Assembly (NCBI GenBank): GCA_963845755.1 | Contig: CAWJTV010000031.1 | Span: 288,001 to 352,000 of the forward strand | DNA length: 64,000 nt | Source: an uncultured Planctomycetota bacterium | GTDB taxonomy: Bacteria; Planctomycetota; Planctomycetia; Isosphaerales; Isosphaeraceae | Direction of reading: 5' to 3' | Shown: in pieces, positions 43,334 to 56,091 of the stretch | How positions within the stretch are numbered: position 1 is the stretch's first letter | How the letters are laid out: every line of letters begins with the position of its first letter | Notes under the pieces: generated by a model | What the model saw: only the letters and a program-made list of their open reading frames with translations | What the model was told of the DNA's origin: nothing | The model's database searches: none | Made by a program: the position numbers and the translations under genes

Positions 43334-44278
43334 CTAGCGCCGGATGCCCGCGACATTGACGCCGCTGCCGATGATCAGGTTATGGCGATAGGCCCGGTCG
43401 TAGAATGTGCCGGCCTTGGCCGGGGGAAGCTCGACGATGTCGATGAACCCCTCCTCGGCGAACCATCGTGCGAGTTCTTCCGAGGTGTGGTGCGACTGAA
43501 ATTGCGGGGCGTACCAGTCGAAGTTGTCGCAGACGCGGAGGGTCCAGTCGGAATGGTTGGAGAAATTGGCGATCTTATTGAATGTCCGGTTGAGGATCGG
43601 AATGCCGCCGAGAATACCAAGGCCGGCGCAAAGCGGTTCGAGCACGCGCACTGGCAGTCGCGTGGTGATGGCGCGGAGGCCGGCGTTGAGCCATTCCTGC
43701 GGGGCGGTATTTCGTCGGTACAGCCAGACGGCCAGTCGACCGCCGGGCTTGACCCGTCGGGCGATCTGGGCGAAGGCGCTGCGAGGGTCAGGCGTATGAT
43801 GCAGCACACCGATCGAGTAGACCAGGTCAAATGCGCCTTCGGCGATCGGCAAGCTGAGCAAGTCGGCCTGGACGATCGCAACGTCGGGCAGCCCGGCGCA
43901 GAGAGCAGCGGCCTTCTCGACCGCGGCACTCAGGTCCACGCCGAGGACCCTGGCACCGTGGCTTCCGACCAGTCGGGCGTATCGCCCGCCTCCGCAACCG
44001 GCATCGAGTACCAATCGTCCCGCCAGGCTGCTCGCATCGACGCCGGTCTTGACCCGGAACGTCGCCTCGTCCTCCTCGGGCCGCGCCACATCATACCGAT
44101 TCCACTGCCGACCGAAGCTCGCAGCATAGGAATCGCCCGCCAGCCGTGGAATCGCCCTCACGATCGGAACTCTGCCGCCACACGACTGACAAGTTAGGTC
44201 CAGCGGCGGGTCGCCTTCGACGTCCAGATTTCCCTGGCACTTCGGACATCGCAACAATGATATCAGATCGAGAATCAT
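43334..44278 (-). CDS. SAM methyltransferase with Trm112-like N-terminus
   Basis: CPKC..CQSC, VLDAGCGGGR, IGVLHHTPDP. Confidence 0.9.
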   Translation of the reverse strand: MILDLISLLRCPKCQGNLDVEGDPPLDLTCQSCGGRVPIVRAIPRLAGDSYAASFGRQWNRYDVARPEEDEATFRVKTGVDASSLAGRLVLDAGCGGGRYARLVGSHGARVLGVDLSAAVEKAAALCAGLPDVAIVQADLLSLPIAEGAFDLVYSIGVLHHTPDPRSAFAQIARRVKPGGRLAVWLYRRNTAPQEWLNAGLRAITTRLPVRVLEPLCAGLGILGGIPILNRTFNKIANFSNHSDWTLRVCDNFDWYAPQFQSHHTSEELARWFAEEGFIDIVELPPAKAGTFYDRAYRHNLIIGSGVNVAGIRR

Positions 44279-44383
44279 GAATCATTTGACGCGTGTGGAG
44301 AATGGGGACCGCCCGCCGACTTGTCGGCAAGTTCGACGACCCAGTTTACTGGCCATGAGCCACGGGCCACCAGAGCGATTCGA

Positions 44384-45778
44384 ATGACATGGATTGATCG
44401 CATGGAGCAACGGCTGACACGATGGCGCGGTCGAGGTCTGGGTGATACGTGGGTGGTCGCGGTCTCCGGGGGCGGGGATAGTGTTGGGCTCTTGCGAGTG
44501 TTGCACCAGCTCGCACCGAGGAGAAACTTGCGGCTATCGGTAGCGCATCTAGACCATGGCGCGCGAGGCGAGGTGTCGCGGACGGATGCCGAGTTCGTGG
44601 CCGAGCTAGCCGCGTCGCTCGGGCTTCCCTTCGACCTCGGGCAGTGGCGGCCGACGCGCGCCGGCCACTTCGAGTCCGACGCGCGGCATGTCCGCTACCG
44701 CTGGCTGGTCGAGATCGCTCGATCTCGCGGCGCGGCCGCCGTGGCGGTCGGCCATACGCGCGACGACCAGGCCGAAACCATACTCCAGCGCATCGTCCGT
44801 GGCACCGGTCTGGTCGGGCTGGCCGGGATCCCGCGGTGGAGAGTGCTCGCGACCGATCCGGAGATTGCCCTGGTTCGTCCGTTACTGTCTGCCTCCCGAA
44901 ACGACATCCGAGAGTACCTGGCCGAACTCGGCCAACCGTTCCGCGAGGACGAGACGAACGCGGATCTCACCCGTACGCGCGCACGCATCCGTCACGATCT
45001 ACTGCCGAAGTTAGCGGCCGAATCCAATCCGAGGATCGCCGATGCCCTGGTTCGCCTGGGCGAACATGCTGCGGCGGCTCAGCGCGCGATCGAGACCGAG
45101 GCGCGCGAGTTGGAACCCGCCGCGATCATCAGCTTCTCGGAAGACTGCCTCGTGCTCGAGCAGAGCTTCCTGGGATCCGTTCCCGCCTTTCTCCGCACCG
45201 AAGTCTTACGTCGGCTCTGGCGCCGCGCCGGATGGCCCGAGGGAGAGATGTCGGCTCGGCGATGGCGACGGCTCGCGGCGTTGGTCCGAGCCGGGGACAT
45301 TCCCCGCACCGAGATCGGAGCCGGAGTGAATCTTGCAACCGATAAGGCCTTCCTGATCCTGTGGCGTTCGCGATCGATTCCCGTTCCCGCACCGAGATTG
45401 GCGTGCATCGAGCCGATCTTGCTGGAAGCTCCCGGCGCCGTTCCAGTCCCGTGGGCTGGCGGTCGGGTTGTGGCGACGTTCGATACCGGCGAATCGGCAG
45501 GAGAGTGGATCGACTTCGACCGAGTGGTCCTCCCCTTGATGATTCGTACGCCGATCCCGGGCGATCGGTTCGAACCGCTGGGTATGAACGGAAGGCACAC
45601 GTCACTGGCCGACTTCTTTCGAGGCCGGCGTGTGCCGCGAGACCGACGCACGTCAACTCCATTGGTCTGCGATCGAAACGGCATCATCTGGGTCGTCGGC
45701 CATCGGATTGCCGATCGCGTGAAGGTCACCGGACAGACTCGGTGCCGGCTGGGATTGAGATGGGAGATGAGGTCGTAG
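44384..45778 (+). CDS. tilS: tRNA(Ile)-lysidine synthetase
   Basis: PP-loop VAVSGGGDS, HLDHG, HTRDDQAET, RPLL, R..IRH, TilS C-terminal GDRF..IIWVVG. Confidence 0.95.
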   Translation: MTWIDRMEQRLTRWRGRGLGDTWVVAVSGGGDSVGLLRVLHQLAPRRNLRLSVAHLDHGARGEVSRTDAEFVAELAASLGLPFDLGQWRPTRAGHFESDARHVRYRWLVEIARSRGAAAVAVGHTRDDQAETILQRIVRGTGLVGLAGIPRWRVLATDPEIALVRPLLSASRNDIREYLAELGQPFREDETNADLTRTRARIRHDLLPKLAAESNPRIADALVRLGEHAAAAQRAIETEARELEPAAIISFSEDCLVLEQSFLGSVPAFLRTEVLRRLWRRAGWPEGEMSARRWRRLAALVRAGDIPRTEIGAGVNLATDKAFLILWRSRSIPVPAPRLACIEPILLEAPGAVPVPWAGGRVVATFDTGESAGEWIDFDRVVLPLMIRTPIPGDRFEPLGMNGRHTSLADFFRGRRVPRDRRTSTPLVCDRNGIIWVVGHRIADRVKVTGQTRCRLGLRWEMRS

Positions 45779-45936
45779 AATCGAACCCTCGCGGAAGCAT
45801 TGCTCGGTGTCTGGCCAACCTCGTATAATCTATGACAGGAATAGGGGAATCAGGCGACCTGATCGCCGGAGGGATTGAGGAGGATCGACCGCACGACGAC
45901 GACTGCACAACGGGCTCTCGGGCCCCGGGGTCTGCG

Positions 45937-46521
45937 ATGCAGAAGGACAGATTTCCGGAAGGCGCCGACCTGGAGCGTTATCGGAATTACTTGCGACTCC
46001 TGGCCCGGGTGCAACTGGGCGCCCGTCCTAATGGCAAGCTCGATCCGTCGGACCTCGTTCAACAGACGCTCCTGGAGGCTTATCAGAAGCGCCAGCAATT
46101 CCGGGGTAACGGTGACGCGGAGCGAGTGGCGTGGCTGCGGGCCATCCTCGCCGGCAACGTCATGGATGCTCTGCGAGCCCAGGGTCGGCTCAAACGGGAC
46201 GTAAGCCGGGAGCGATCCCTGGAGCAGGAATTGGCGGCGTCGTCGGTCCGGATCGGGAGCTGGCTGGCCGCCGGAGGGCCGACCCCCAGCGAACACGCCC
46301 AGCGCCACGAGCAGGCCATCCGCCTCGCCGACGCTCTATCACGCCTCCCGAGCGATCAGCGAGAGGCGCTGGTCCTCCATTACTGGCAGGGCTGTTCCTT
46401 GACCGAAGTCGGCGCTCATCTCGATCGGACGGTCAGCGCCGTTGCCGGACTCCTCAAGCGGGGTCTCAAGCACCTTCGCGAGCAACTCGAAGCTCACGAA
46501 GGAGAGAGGAAGGGATCATGA
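45937..46521 (+). CDS. ECF sigma-70 factor, planctomycete-type
   Basis: YRNYLRLLARVQL, DPSDLVQQT, AWLRAIL, LPSDQREAL region 4 HTH; ATGA-coupled to the kinase gene. Confidence 0.93.
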   Translation: MQKDRFPEGADLERYRNYLRLLARVQLGARPNGKLDPSDLVQQTLLEAYQKRQQFRGNGDAERVAWLRAILAGNVMDALRAQGRLKRDVSRERSLEQELAASSVRIGSWLAAGGPTPSEHAQRHEQAIRLADALSRLPSDQREALVLHYWQGCSLTEVGAHLDRTVSAVAGLLKRGLKHLREQLEAHEGERKGS

Positions 46522-49500
46522 CCGGGCCCGTCTCCCGGCCGGATCCGGCTGGGACCGAACGAGAGCGGCGGCTGGATTCGGCCATCGCAGAGTATCTTCA
46601 GGCCGCCGAAACGGGCCGGTCGCCCGACCGTCGGAAGTTCCTCGCGCGGCATCGCGATCTTGCGAACGATCTGCTCTCGTTCTTCGCCGACGAAGACCGA
46701 GTCCGCAATCTGGCCGGACCGATGCTGCGCTGCGGAAACGACGTCCTTGGCCGCCCGCCGGACGGCTCGTTTCTCCACGCCGATCCGGATAGTGACCTTC
46801 AGGTTGGCGGCGAGCTCGGCGACTATGAGCTCCTGGAGGAGATCGCCAGCGGAGGGATGGGAGTCGTCTTCAAAGCCAGGCAGAAGAGCCTCAACCGGGT
46901 CGTGGCGCTGAAGACGATTCGACCGACGGCCCTGAGGCCGGGTGACTCTGCCATACAGCGTTTCCGCATCGAAGCGGAGGCGGTTGCCCGCCTGGACCAC
47001 CCCAACATCGTGCCGATCTTCGAGATGGGCGAGCTCGCCGGCTATCCGTTCCTGAGTCTGAAATTGATCGAAGGCGGCGACCTCGAGCAGCATATTTCCC
47101 GGTTCAAGGCCGACCCGAGGGCCACCGCCGTTCTGATGGCCCAGGTCGCCCGCGCCGTCCACTACGCACACCTCCGCGGGATCCTCCATCGCGACCTGAA
47201 ACCGTCGAATATCCTGGTCAACCGACGCGGCCAGCCTTATGTCACGGATTTCGGCCTGGCCCGATGCCTCGAGAGCGACAGTGACCTGACACACACCGGG
47301 CTGATCCTGGGCACGCCTTCCTACATGGCTCCCGAGCAAGTCTCCGGTCCTCGAAACGAAGTGACGATGGCCGCCGATGTGTATGGCCTGGGCGCCGTGC
47401 TCTATACGCTCATCTCCGGCCGACCGCCCTTCCAGGCCGATACGGTCTACGAGACGCTCCACCATGTCCGAGAGAAGGAGCCGGTGCCTCCCGGCATGAG
47501 CGACAAGGCGGTGAATCGCGACCTGGAGGCCATCTGCCTGAAGTGCCTGGAGAAAGATCCCGCGCGGCGGTATGCGACATCCGAGTTACTGGCCCTGGAC
47601 CTGGAGCACTGGGTGGAGGGCGGGCCGATCGCCGCGCGTCCGGCCGGGTCCGTGGAACGGGCCTGGCGATGGTATCGTCGCAACCGGCTGGTCGCCCGGC
47701 TCTGGGCGGGCGTCGCGGCGCTGTTCCTGGCCGTCCCGATCATGACCGTCCTCCTGTTTCTCCGCCAGCGCGGGCTGGCCGATGAGGCGTTCTCGGCCGC
47801 TCAAAAGGAGCGAGGAGCCCGGTTGCTGGCCGACGCACGCGCCGAGGACATCCGCTGGCGGCTGGTCCGGATGAATGTCGCCAACGGCGTACGCCTCATG
47901 GAACAGGGGGATACCACAGGCGCCCTGCCTTGGTTTGCCGAGGCGCTGATCTTCGACCGCGACGATCCGGCAGCCGCATCGACGCACCGGTTGCGACTCG
48001 GGACGCTCTTGAATCAGTGTCCGGGCCTCGACGGACTTTTCGCCCACACACGACCAATCTTATGGGCAACGCTCGACCCAGTCGGGCATCGCCTCGCGAC
48101 AGCCTCGGCCGACGGCACTGCCCGCGTCTGGGACCTCGATAGCGGGGAAACCATCGCGGTCCTACCCCACGACGGTCCGGTGAATCGTGTCGAGTTCCGT
48201 AGCGACGGCTCCCGGCTGGTCACGGCCTCTGATGATGGGACGGTTCGGATCTGGGACCTCGAGGCGGGTCAGTCCGGCCTAGCCCTGCGGCTGGAGCATG
48301 GTTCGCCCGTGCGCATCGCTCTGCTTCATCCCGATGGCCGCCGGGTCGTCTCGGGCGGCGTGGATGGGACGATCCGTGTCTGGAATGCCCACGACGGTGC
48401 GCCACTGGGCCCGCCACACCGGCTCGGCTCGAGCCTATTGGACCTCGTCCTCAGCCCCGACGGAACGCGGATGGCCACCGGGACCGCTGCCGGTCAGGCC
48501 GGGATCTGGCGGCTGGAGGGCGATCACCTTGTGGGACTGGCCCTGCTTCCGCACCGAGGCGCCGTCCGCCACGTTGCTTTCAGCCCCGACGGAATGCGGT
48601 TAGCCACCGCCAGCCACGATGGCACGGCGCGTCTCTGGGATGGCCGGACCGGAGTCTCGCTCACCCCCCCTCTGACCCACGCACCAAACCGCCGGGTTTC
48701 CCATGTGGAATTCAGTCCGGACGGCACGCGGCTGGTCACGGCCAGCGACGACGGGACTGCGCGGTCTGGGACGCGCAGACGGGGAGGGGCCTCGGATCCG
48801 AGGATGTGGCCATGAGTCACTCGATCGGGGTCGGCGAGGCGTCATTTAGCCCCGACGGAGCACGGGTCGTCACGGCCGGTCTCGACGGGACGGCACGGAT
48901 CTGGGATGCCGCCACCGCCGAGCCGCTCTCGCCTCCGTTCTATCATGGCGGCAGCCTGACACGGGCGCGGTTCACCACGGATGGCTATCAGGTCCTGACC
49001 GTTGGAACCGATTCGACAGTGCGGCTCTGGAACGTGACGGACATCGGTGGCTCGGCCGTCGCGGTGGAGGACGCCGGTGGCATCCATCATGCGGCGTTCG
49101 ACCCCAAGGGCCGCCGATTTGCCACCGCCGGTGCAAACGGGATGGCGCGAGTCTGGGACGCCGCGACCGGCGAGGCGATCACGCCACCGCTCGATCATCG
49201 TCGATCCGTGACCCGGGTCGCCTTCACCCCTGACGGGCGACGGATCGCCACGGCGTCCGACGACGGGACGGCGCGGGTCTGGGACTCAGCCAGCGGACGG
49301 CCCGTCACCTACTTCTTGCCCCACGACGGCCCTGTCCGCAATTTGTGTTTCAGTCCGGACGGCTCACGGCTGGCGACGGCTTCGGCCGACGGCCAGGCCC
49401 GGTTCTGGGATGTCGCCACAGGACGGACCGTATTTCCACCACTGGAACACAATGCCGACGTGCTCGACCTGGCCTTCAGCGCCGACGGCCAATGGCTAGC

Positions 49501-51591
49501 GACCGCCTGCACCGACGGGACGGCGCGGGTCTGGGACGTCACCAACGGCCAGCTGGCCTTGGCTCCCTTGGAGACTGGTGCCTCGGTCAGTTGCGTCGCT
49601 TTCCGGCCCGATGGCCGCATCCTCCTCACCGCGTGCGCCGACCTGAGTTTCGCGGAACTCCAGGCTCAGCAGTGGGATTTGAGCACCGGCCGCCCGATCG
49701 GCCCGCCGCTACGGCATGGCGACGGGGTCCTGTGGGCGGCCTACAGTCACGACGGCCGACGGATCGCCACAGCCAGCGAAGACCGCACCGCGCGCGTCTG
49801 GGATGCCGCGACGGGTGAGCCGCTCACGCGGCCCTTGACCCATCAGCACCAGGTGCTGATGGCGGCCTTCAGCCCCGACGGTCGACGACTGGCGACGGCG
49901 AGCCTCGACGGGACGGCGCGGGTCTGGGACGCCATGACGGGCGAGCCACTGTCGCCTCCGCTGATCCATCGCGACCGGACCCAGGTCGGCTCGGTCGCGT
50001 TCCAACCCGACGGCCGGGGCCTCCTGACCGCGGGCATGGACGGAACGGCCCGGATCTGGTCCCTCCCCCGGGACGATCGCTCATCGGACATCCTGGTCCT
50101 TCAAGCGCAGGTCCTGGCCGGACGGCGGATCGATCAGACGGGCGGCGAGGTCCCGCTCGAGCCCGTCAAGTTGTCGCAGGCCTGGGTTCGACTCCGGGCC
50201 ATCGAGAGCGACAGCCAAACGGACTCGGCGCGCACCCGGTCGCGATCGAGAATTGCCTGGCATCGGCGCGAGGCGCGCCGGCTGGAGTTGAGCCGCCAGG
50301 GGAAGGCGGCTGCCTGGCATCTCAACCGCCTCGAGGATCTGGAATCCGGAGACACGTCGCTGGCCGCTCGCCTCGTCGCCGCCTATGAGATGTCGGCGGA
50401 CTGGGATCGGCTCGAGGCCGCGGCATCCCGGGCCATCGCCGCCGGCACGCGCGACATCGAGGTCTGGGTGCGTCGGGGCTGGGCCCGGATTCACCTCGGC
50501 CGCCCCGACGACGCTGTCAACGACTTTCGCCAGGCACTGGAACGAGAACCCGACTCGGTCGGCGTCAAGCTTGGATTATTCCTGGGCCTGGCCGGACGGG
50601 GTAGCCTGGTCGAGGCCGATGCACTCTGGTCCTCGGTGATGACTGATCGGGACGAGACGCGCGTGGATCGGAGGAACGCGATCGCCGTGCACCTCGAACT
50701 CCTCACAAAGCTCAGACCGGAAGCTTGGTGGTTCTGGCGCGTGCGCGCGCACTTCCGAATGCGAACGGGCCACCCGGACCAGTCCGAAGCCGACTATGAT
50801 CGGGCGATCGCAGTCAGGCGGGTTGATGGGTGGAGTTGGCTGGGTCGCGGGCTGGCTGCAAGCAACTCGGCCGGATTGACGACGCTCTTGCGGATTTCGC
50901 GCGGAGCGCCATCCTGGCTCCGCGCGTCGCGTCGGCCTGGGGCACGCAAGGTGAGATCCACGGTGATCGCGGCCGGTGGGACGAAGCCGCGCGTGCGTTT
51001 GCGCGATGGGCCGAACTGGGGGGTGATCCCATGGCTATGTGTTGGTACTTCCATGCCGCGCTCCGGCTCTACGCCCGCGATCCCGACGGTTATCGGCGTG
51101 CATGCCTCGCCATGTGGGAACGCTTCAGCAAGACGCGCGACCCTTCCACCGCCACCATCGTGGCCCGTGCCTGCGTGCTGGGGGCAGACGCCGGCATCCC
51201 TCCCGAGCAGGTCCTCGAACTCGCTCGACAAGGCGCCCGTGGTAATCCCCGGGGCGGCTGGCCGTTGTCCACCTTAGGGGCCGCGCTGCGCCGCGCCGGG
51301 AACTTCGAGGATGCCTTGGCCCAGCTCGATGAGGCGAGCCTGATCGACCCCGGCTGGCCGGGAACCCCGATGAACGCCGCACTGCGCGAGTTGGCTCATC
51401 CCCTTCGGACGCTCGATAAATCTCTTCATCCCCAGGCCACAAAGGCCCCGAAGGCAGAGATGGATCGCCTCGTCGACCTCTCGAAGATCCAGGATCAGAT
51501 GGCACGCGAGAAGGCCCCGTGGCATCTCCAACTCGAAGCGGCCCTCCTCGCCCGCGAACTGGACGCGATCCGCTCCACCAGGCAACCATAG
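46518..51591 (+). CDS. Ser/Thr protein kinase with transmembrane helix, WD40 repeats and TPRs; frameshifts near 48765 and 50860
   Basis: GGMGVV, VALK, HRDLKPSN, DFG, GTPSYMAPE; many FSPDG..ATAS.DGTARVWD repeats; TPR-like tail. Confidence 0.93.
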
Positions 51592-51966
51592 ATCGACCTG
51601 GATTCGCTGGGATCAACTGCGTGATCACTCACAACCACACAAAAATGGACGCTCGCGACTGTGAACCGCTCATCTTGAGCAAGATTCGGACCCGTCAGCC
51701 GAATACCTCCAAGTGCCCCCCGAAGGGGCACTGCGAGTATAAGACTCGACTTTATCGGGCGGATCCGTGTCCTCCAAGGATCCCGGAGGAGTAGAATTGC
51801 ATCAGGCAGACCACCGTTCCGGAATCTCGAATCTGTCTACTTCGGAGATGCGTGGTTTCCTTCCAATCTCCGTCAAGCGTTGTATGATGAAGTCCGAACG
51901 GCTCCCGGGTTGAACGCGCGTCCCACCCACTTGAAGCCGACAGGTTCAACCCATGAGGTACACACG

Positions 51967-52470
51967 ATGAAACCGCATCTCACGCGATCGTTGGTCGTGA
52001 CCGCGTCTCTGGCGCTGGCGATTGCAGGCTGTACTGGCGAGCAAGTCGAGTCGGGCGCCGACGCGACAGCACGTGGCATGGACAAGGCCGGTAACGCCAT
52101 CGAGTCGGCGGGGAAAGCGACCGGCGCGAAGCTGGAGGATCTCGGCAAAGGTACGAAAGTCGAGAAGGCAACCGACGCGACTGGTCATATACTGGAGAAG
52201 GGGGGCACGAAGACGAATGAACTCCTTGACAAAGGGGGCGAAGGCGTCAAGGCTCTGGGCGTGAAGGCGGGGAAGGCGGTCAACACGGCGAACGAGAAGC
52301 TGAAGGAAACGGGCGAGAAGATCGGACCGAAGATCAAGGAGCTCGAGAAGTCCGCCGGCGAGAAGATCAAGGCAGGGGCCAAGGCCATCAAGGATGAGGC
52401 CAAGGACTTGAAGGACAAGGCGAGTAAGGCGTTGGAAAAGAAGACTGAGACGCCTCCGAATAGCAACTGA
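51967..52470 (+). CDS. Lys/Ala/Glu-rich lipoprotein (LEA/YtxH-like helical repeats)
   Basis: GAGG RBS, lipobox IAGC, 11-mer-like periodic hydrophilic sequence. Confidence 0.8.
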   Translation: MKPHLTRSLVVTASLALAIAGCTGEQVESGADATARGMDKAGNAIESAGKATGAKLEDLGKGTKVEKATDATGHILEKGGTKTNELLDKGGEGVKALGVKAGKAVNTANEKLKETGEKIGPKIKELEKSAGEKIKAGAKAIKDEAKDLKDKASKALEKKTETPPNSN

Positions 52471-52846
52471 ACACACGCCTTGCGGAAGCTGCCGCACCCC
52501 GTGATCGTTGGGTGCGGCAAGGATCGTGGGATCGGTCGAGCACTCGTCACTGGCTTCGGAGTCGCCTCGATTCGATCCCAACGCCCGGCAACCCTTGACG
52601 CCAGGGGATGGGAACCCCGATGATTGCTCAATGGGGCGACTGTCCCCTGATTGGATCGAAACGGCCGTTCTGGTCCATCGATGGACGTGCCGGCCGCGGT
52701 CGCAACATTCCCGGTATGTCCGACCAGCAGCGTACTCACTGGTCTCCGAACGATATCGGAGATAGACTGTGACCACGAGAGTGGGCGAGTCGAGGGTGAA
52801 GGCACGTCCTGAGACGTCGGTTGGCCACGAGTCGCGGAGACGGGCG

Positions 52847-54106
52847 ATGGACCGAGCTGGAGCCGAAGCTTCGGGCGGGCTGTTTTGCCCGGATTGCGCG
52901 ACGGACCTCCCGGCGTTTCGGGAGGACGTCGATTCGCCCGAGGAGAGGCGATGCCCTCGATGTGGGATTGTGGTGCGATTCGGCGGAGACGGCGAGGGGA
53001 ATGGCCGGACTGGTGAGGAGTGCCGAAACCTGGCCGCTTTGGCCCAGGCGCCGCCACTGGGTGGATTGCGTCTCCTCTGGCGCCACTGGGTCTTGCGGCT
53101 GATCGATAATCTTTACTGGGTCGTGACGTTCACGGGCACGACAGCCTTGCTGCTTTGTGGCGGCGTCATCCCCGTGGTCCGCGCCTGGCTGCGCAATCGA
53201 GGTCGACGACTGGGCGGGGATCGTCGCCACGCTGGGCGGCGTTTGGTTTCGGGTGGTGACGCAGAATCCGGACAGCGACCTTGGTCCCGTGCTGGCCCGC
53301 GTTGAACGCGCCCTTGTTGTTCTCGACGATCGATGCCGTGGGCCGGCGACTGGGGGTCAAGCCGCCTGGCCAGGTTCGGCTGACCTATCTGCCGTGTTGT
53401 GGGGTCGTGGCCTGGGGTGGGTCGCGAGCTTTGATCATCGGACTGCCGTTGTTTCGCGTGCTGACGCAGGGCGAGCTGCGCGCGATCGTCGCCCACGAGC
53501 TGGCGCACCTGGCGAGGGGGGACGCAACGCGCGCGGCGCGCTCGGCACGATTCGTCGAGGCGCTGGAGCAGGCCCTGGAGCGGAGCGGCCCGCGTGTGCG
53601 CGGTCTGCTCGGCGCCTGGGCACGGTTCTGTCTGCACGAGGCATCCTGGCTGATCGAGCCCGTGGCGCGATCCCAGGAGGCGCGTGCCGACCGACTCGCT
53701 GCGGCGATCGCGGGTGGCAGCGCCGCATCGTCTGCACTGGTCAAGGTCGCCGTCGTCCAGCCTTTATTCCGAGAGCTCCTTGAGGCCTATGACCCGAATG
53801 ATGCGGGCGCCGTGAACCTTTACGCCTTCTTCCGCGCGTTCTGGTTCCGGCTCCCCTCCGATGTTCATACCGCCATGCGGCTCAGCGTGCTGACTCGCCG
53901 CTATCAGACGTTGGACCGCGCATCCACCCCTCCCCGACCGGATCGCCGCGCTCCAATCCTACCCGGACCCCGTCAGCCTCAACGGCGACACGCACCCGGC
54001 CACCACCTTCCTCGGCGACCCGGAAATCTTCGAGCAGATGCTCCACAACCGGCTCTTCGGGCTCCTGGGGGTGGAGCCCAGCGTTTTCCATCGGGCCGGA
54101 ACCTGA
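52847..54106 (+). CDS. M48 (HtpX-like) zinc metalloprotease with N-terminal Cys4 motif; frameshifts near 53195, 53290, 53915
   Basis: CPDC..CPRC, AIVAHELAH, QEARADRLA, HPPLPDRIAAL. Confidence 0.85.
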
Positions 54107-54655
54107 CCCCGCGCCTCTCAGCGATGCGGCGTTGAATCCGGAATCGTCCTCGATCGCTACCAGCTTTCCCGGACTACCCCGACGACCCCATCAATAACGT
54201 ATGACCAAAACCAGCGGCCTTGCTCCCGGACTCGGGGTGCTCTAAGATAGAGGGAAACTGGGAGGTGGGGGCGAGTCGGGAGCCGGCCCCGCACCGTGAG
54301 ACCAGGAGGTCGAGACCTCCGAGCAGAACGTCCGGGCCTTACCGGAGATAGCAGTTGTTGGGACTCCCGTTTTTCACCGTCTTCGGGATCTCTTTTCCTT
54401 CCGCTCCCGCGTGAGTCATAATGTGTCGGCCGGTGGCAGGCCGCACAATCTTTCCGCAGGGATTCGGGACGGAGGGTCGTTTTCACTCTCAGGGTTGCGG
54501 CGAAACGGACCGGCCCCTCCTGGTCCGGGTAACCTGTTGCAATTTCCCGAACGGACGCGGTGATTCTCGACGAGCAGAAGCGTTCCCAGATCGGACCGGC
54601 GGAGAAGGGTCGGCATTCGAGCGACGATCCCCTCAGAGGGATGAAAGGGTAAAGC

Positions 54656-56036
54656 ATGCCTTCAGGTAAGGACATCACGGGCGGCGGCTCAGCGGGTGGC
54701 GGAAAACGGAACGGCGGTGGGAACATGAACTCCGGAAGCACCGGCGGCGCGAAGAAGAATGCCTACTGCTCGTTTTGCCGCAAGAGTTACCGAGACGTTG
54801 GCCCGCTGGTGGAAGGCCCCGGCGACGTTTATATCTGCGGCGACTGCATCGAGTTGTGCCAGTCGATCCTCGACCAGGAACGGCGGCGGCGGGGGGTGCC
54901 CAAAACCCTCTTCACCGACATCCCGACCCCGCGTGAAATCAAGGAACAGCTCGACGCCTACGTGATCGGCCAGGAGCGCGCCAAAAAAGTGCTTTCCGTC
55001 GCCGTTCACAACCATTACAAGCGACTCGTACACGGCGAGGAGCCCGATGCCGAGGTCGAGCTCGACAAGTCGAATATCCTCCTGATCGGGCCCACCGGTT
55101 GCGGCAAGACCCTGCTGGCGCGTACCCTGGCTCGCGTGCTCAACGTCCCCTTCGCGATCGGTGACGCAACGACTTTGACTGAGGCGGGATACGTCGGTGA
55201 AGACGTCGAGAACATCCTGCTCAAGTTGCTCCACGCCGCCGATTTTGATCTCGAAGCCGCCCAGCGGGGAATCGTCTATATCGACGAGATCGACAAGATC
55301 GGCAAGACCACCCACAATGTTTCCATCACGCGCGACGTCTCGGGTGAAGGCGTTCAGCAGGCCCTCTTGAAGATGCTCGAGGGCACGGTGGCCAATGTGC
55401 CGCCCCAGGGCGGGCGTAAACATCCCGAGCAACAATATATTCAGATGGACACTAGCAATATTCTGTTCATCTGCGGCGGAACGTTCGTCGGCCTGGAACA
55501 CATCATCGCCCGCCGCGTGGGCCGTAAGACCATTGGGTTCGGCAGCCAATCCCAGATCGAGCAGCACAACGAACAGCTCGGAGAATTACTCAATAAGGTG
55601 ACCTCCGACGATCTGCTCGAATTCGGGATGATCCCGGAGTTCATCGGTCGACTCCCCGTGATCTGCCCGCTGATGCCCCTGGACGTCGAGGCCTTGGTCC
55701 GAATCATGACCGAACCGCGAAATGCGCTGGTCAAGCAGTATCGACGGTTCTTCGAGATGGAAGGCACCGACGTCGAGTTCACCCAGGAATCCCTCCACGA
55801 AATCGCCAAGATGGCCAAGGCGAAGGATACCGGCGCGGGGCCTCCGCTCGATTGTCGAAGACATCATGCTCGACATCATGTTTGAGCTGCCGGATCGCGC
55901 CACCAAGGACAAGGGGAAGTTCCTGGTGACGGCGGAGGTGGTTCGCAAAGAAACGAGCCTCTTCGACAGTCCCGCTGTGCCGTCGAGCCCCTCGGCCAAG
56001 GCGGCCGAGCGCGAGCGGAAGAAGGAAAGTGCCTGA
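54656..56036 (+). CDS. clpX: ATP-dependent Clp protease ATP-binding subunit; frameshift near 55838
   Basis: CSFC..ICGDC zinc finger, [27 protein letters not shown] loop, ARGLRSI in the shifted frame. Confidence 0.97.
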
Positions 56037-56091
56037 GACGTCCGCTCGCCGGGTCTGATCGGTCGCATCAAACTCCTCTCAGGTGTGGCCC

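Noticed and set aside
48090..50060. DNA-level repeats in WD40 and FG-GAP genes as DGR template/variable regions
   Set aside because: Explained by protein repeat units; no reverse transcriptase and no adenine-specific mismatch pattern noticed
54140..54655. ncRNA or riboswitch upstream of clpX
   Set aside because: Long leader with small hairpins, but no SRP, tmRNA, tRNA or riboswitch consensus recognised
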